NCBI GenBank assembly: GCA_001662655.1
Contig: KV460215.1
DNA from: Pseudogymnoascus verrucosus
Lineage: Eukaryota
Strand: one strand, 5' to 3'
DNA length: 64,000 bases
In this document: piece by piece, positions 62,270 through 64,000 of the stretch
How positions within the stretch are numbered: position 1 is the stretch's first letter
Layout of the letters: every line of letters starts with the position of its first letter
Program-made: the position numbers and the translations under genes
Notes under the pieces: model-generated
Told to the model about the DNA's origin: nothing
The model's input: the letters and a program-made list of their open reading frames with translations, nothing else
The model's database searches: none

Positions 62270-64000
62270 CTAATATGGGATTCCGTTCGTCATCAGCTGG
62301 AACTGATCGTACACGCCCGTACTATAACTATTATGACTCCTCCGCACCAGCCCCCGCACGAATACCGCGGCATCGCGCTCGCTTTTCTCCAGCACGAACC
62401 GCTCGCGGAAGTGCTTAATGCTCTCCGGCTTGAAGCACGGCAGCCCGCTATCGAGCATTAGTCGCACGATGCGGCATAGAGCGTCTACGTGACGCCGCGC
62501 GGCTAAGAAGGCCTTGACGCACAACTCCTCGAACCAGCGATAACTCTGCGTGCTTGACGAGCCGCCCATAACGGCCACCATCTCGGCCGTGAGCTTGAAC
62601 GGTGCACGCTCGAAGCGCACGCCGCCGGGCGCGATGTCGAAGCAGAACCCGAAGTCGATGTGGATGAGATGGCCGGCGTCGTCGAGCATGATGTTGCCGT
62701 TGTGCCGGTCCTTGAACTGCAGCAGGAAGGCAATGATGCTGTACGCGGCGAGGGACTTGACGAAGTTGCTGCGCGCGGCCTGGAAGCGTACGCTGTCCGG
62801 TGTGCCGTACTTGCTGACGAAGTAGTCGTAGAGGCCGTTGACGGCTTCGCGCCCGAGCATATCGCGGGACACCGAGTTGGGGAGCACCTCGATGATACCG
62901 CATCCGGGAGCGGTGGCAGTGACGCGGTAGGGAAAGACGTATACATCGAGTCCGACATTGCTGAAGATGCCGCGGAAGGCAGCGATCATTTGCAGCGCGA
63001 GCACGTCTTGCCGGCAGTCGTCGCCAACCTTGAAGATCACGGACTGCCACACCTCGATGCTGTTCTCGGGAACGCGCTTGCGCGGATCGGCTGCCTCAAG
63101 CATATCTTCCGTCTCCTCCATCTCAGCGGCGACGTCTTTTTTGACGCGGAAGGTAGCCATGTACGGTGCCTTTGCGTGACTCTGTAGCGGCTTGCCAGAC
63201 TTTCGGTCGATGCCGATAACAACGCCGTCGGGGTTAATGGGGAGGTAGACGCCGACGTCGACCTTAATTTTACGTAGCTCTTCTTCGATCTTCTGCTTCT
63301 TCTCGGGCTTCGGCCTCTTAATGTACGGCTTCAGCTTACCTGAGATGCTCGTTACCTCGTCGAAGAATGTGAATTCGCGCTCGTAGAAATCTCTATCTGC
63401 TACAGTGAAGCAGCTTATCATACGGGCCATCACATGGTCGAGTGTTGGTTTGATGCCATCAGGCTTGGGAAAATTAGCGTTTGTATCCTCTTTTGATGGA
63501 AGTCAACTTACAATTTGTGAGTCCTCATCCTTGTAACTGTTCGCCTTCATGTTCCATATAATCTGATGGGCAAACAATTGCGAGAACTGTGCAGTCTCCA
63601 CAATGTATCTTTCCACGTAACCCAGCGTATCATAGCGCAGTGATTGCACAATCTGAGGCACATAGAAGAATGCCACCTCAACGCTATGGCTTTCTAGGGC
63701 ACGCATAGCATATTGAATGATGAATGGGTTGTCGCTAAACGAAGGCAAAAAGTACGTGACTGCTGTGATAGGATTTACTGGGGTCCAAAACAATAGATAC
63801 TATAAACTGTTAGTAATTCTCTAGGCAATTAGAAGAAAGTACGCACCTTAAGCTGCCACTTCAAATCGCTCTGAAACTCGCGACCCATAAGAATATTCAA
63901 GCCCTCGGGGTCATTAATCCCTCTTAGCGGATCGGCGAGCAACAGATTACGCACATCTGCCTGCACTCTCGCAGAGTGAAACCTTGTGGCCAAGCTAATT
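62270..64000 (-). CDS. STT4: Phosphatidylinositol 4-kinase type III alpha (Stt4), 3' portion; gene runs off the window
   Basis: FFYVPQIVQSLRYD, LFAHQIIWNM, PLQSHAKAPY, IFKVGDDCRQDVLALQ, KDRHNGNIM, HIDFGF, terminal NGIPY; introns ~63463-63509 and ~63801-63847. Confidence 0.96.

Overview
Genomic DNA of a filamentous ascomycete, judged from short GT-AG introns with CTAAC/CTGAC branch sites and a RIP-type mutated transposon. A Leotiomycete such as Pseudogymnoascus is my unverified guess. Conserved genes are crzA/CRZ1 (7.2-9.5 kb), a ~2000-aa Lys/Glu/Pro-rich WG-repeat protein (12.9-18.9 kb), V-ATPase subunit f/RNASEK (51.5 kb), an RRM+YTH protein (57.4-59.5 kb) and the 3' part of STT4 PI4-kinase (62.3-64 kb). 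Two accessory blocks flank or interrupt them. The first (0-5.6 kb) is a head-to-head pair of a protein kinase and an alpha/beta-hydrolase(SesB-like)/NB-ARC NLR. The second (~19.7-51 kb) holds an intronless actinobacterial-type sialidase, a kinase, an intact RNase H-fold protein with all catalytic carboxylates substituted, an APH-like fragment, a KP4-like toxin pseudogene, two paralogous small secreted-protein genes, a C2H2 gene divergent from an Mx-like dynamin, several unexplained motif arrays, a complete RIP-mutated hAT element with TIRs and an 8-bp TSD, a tannase and an O-fucosyltransferase-like pseudogene. Many accessory genes carry single frameshifts or stops, while the conserved genes carry none. 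All family assignments come from motif recognition by eye; no database searches were run.
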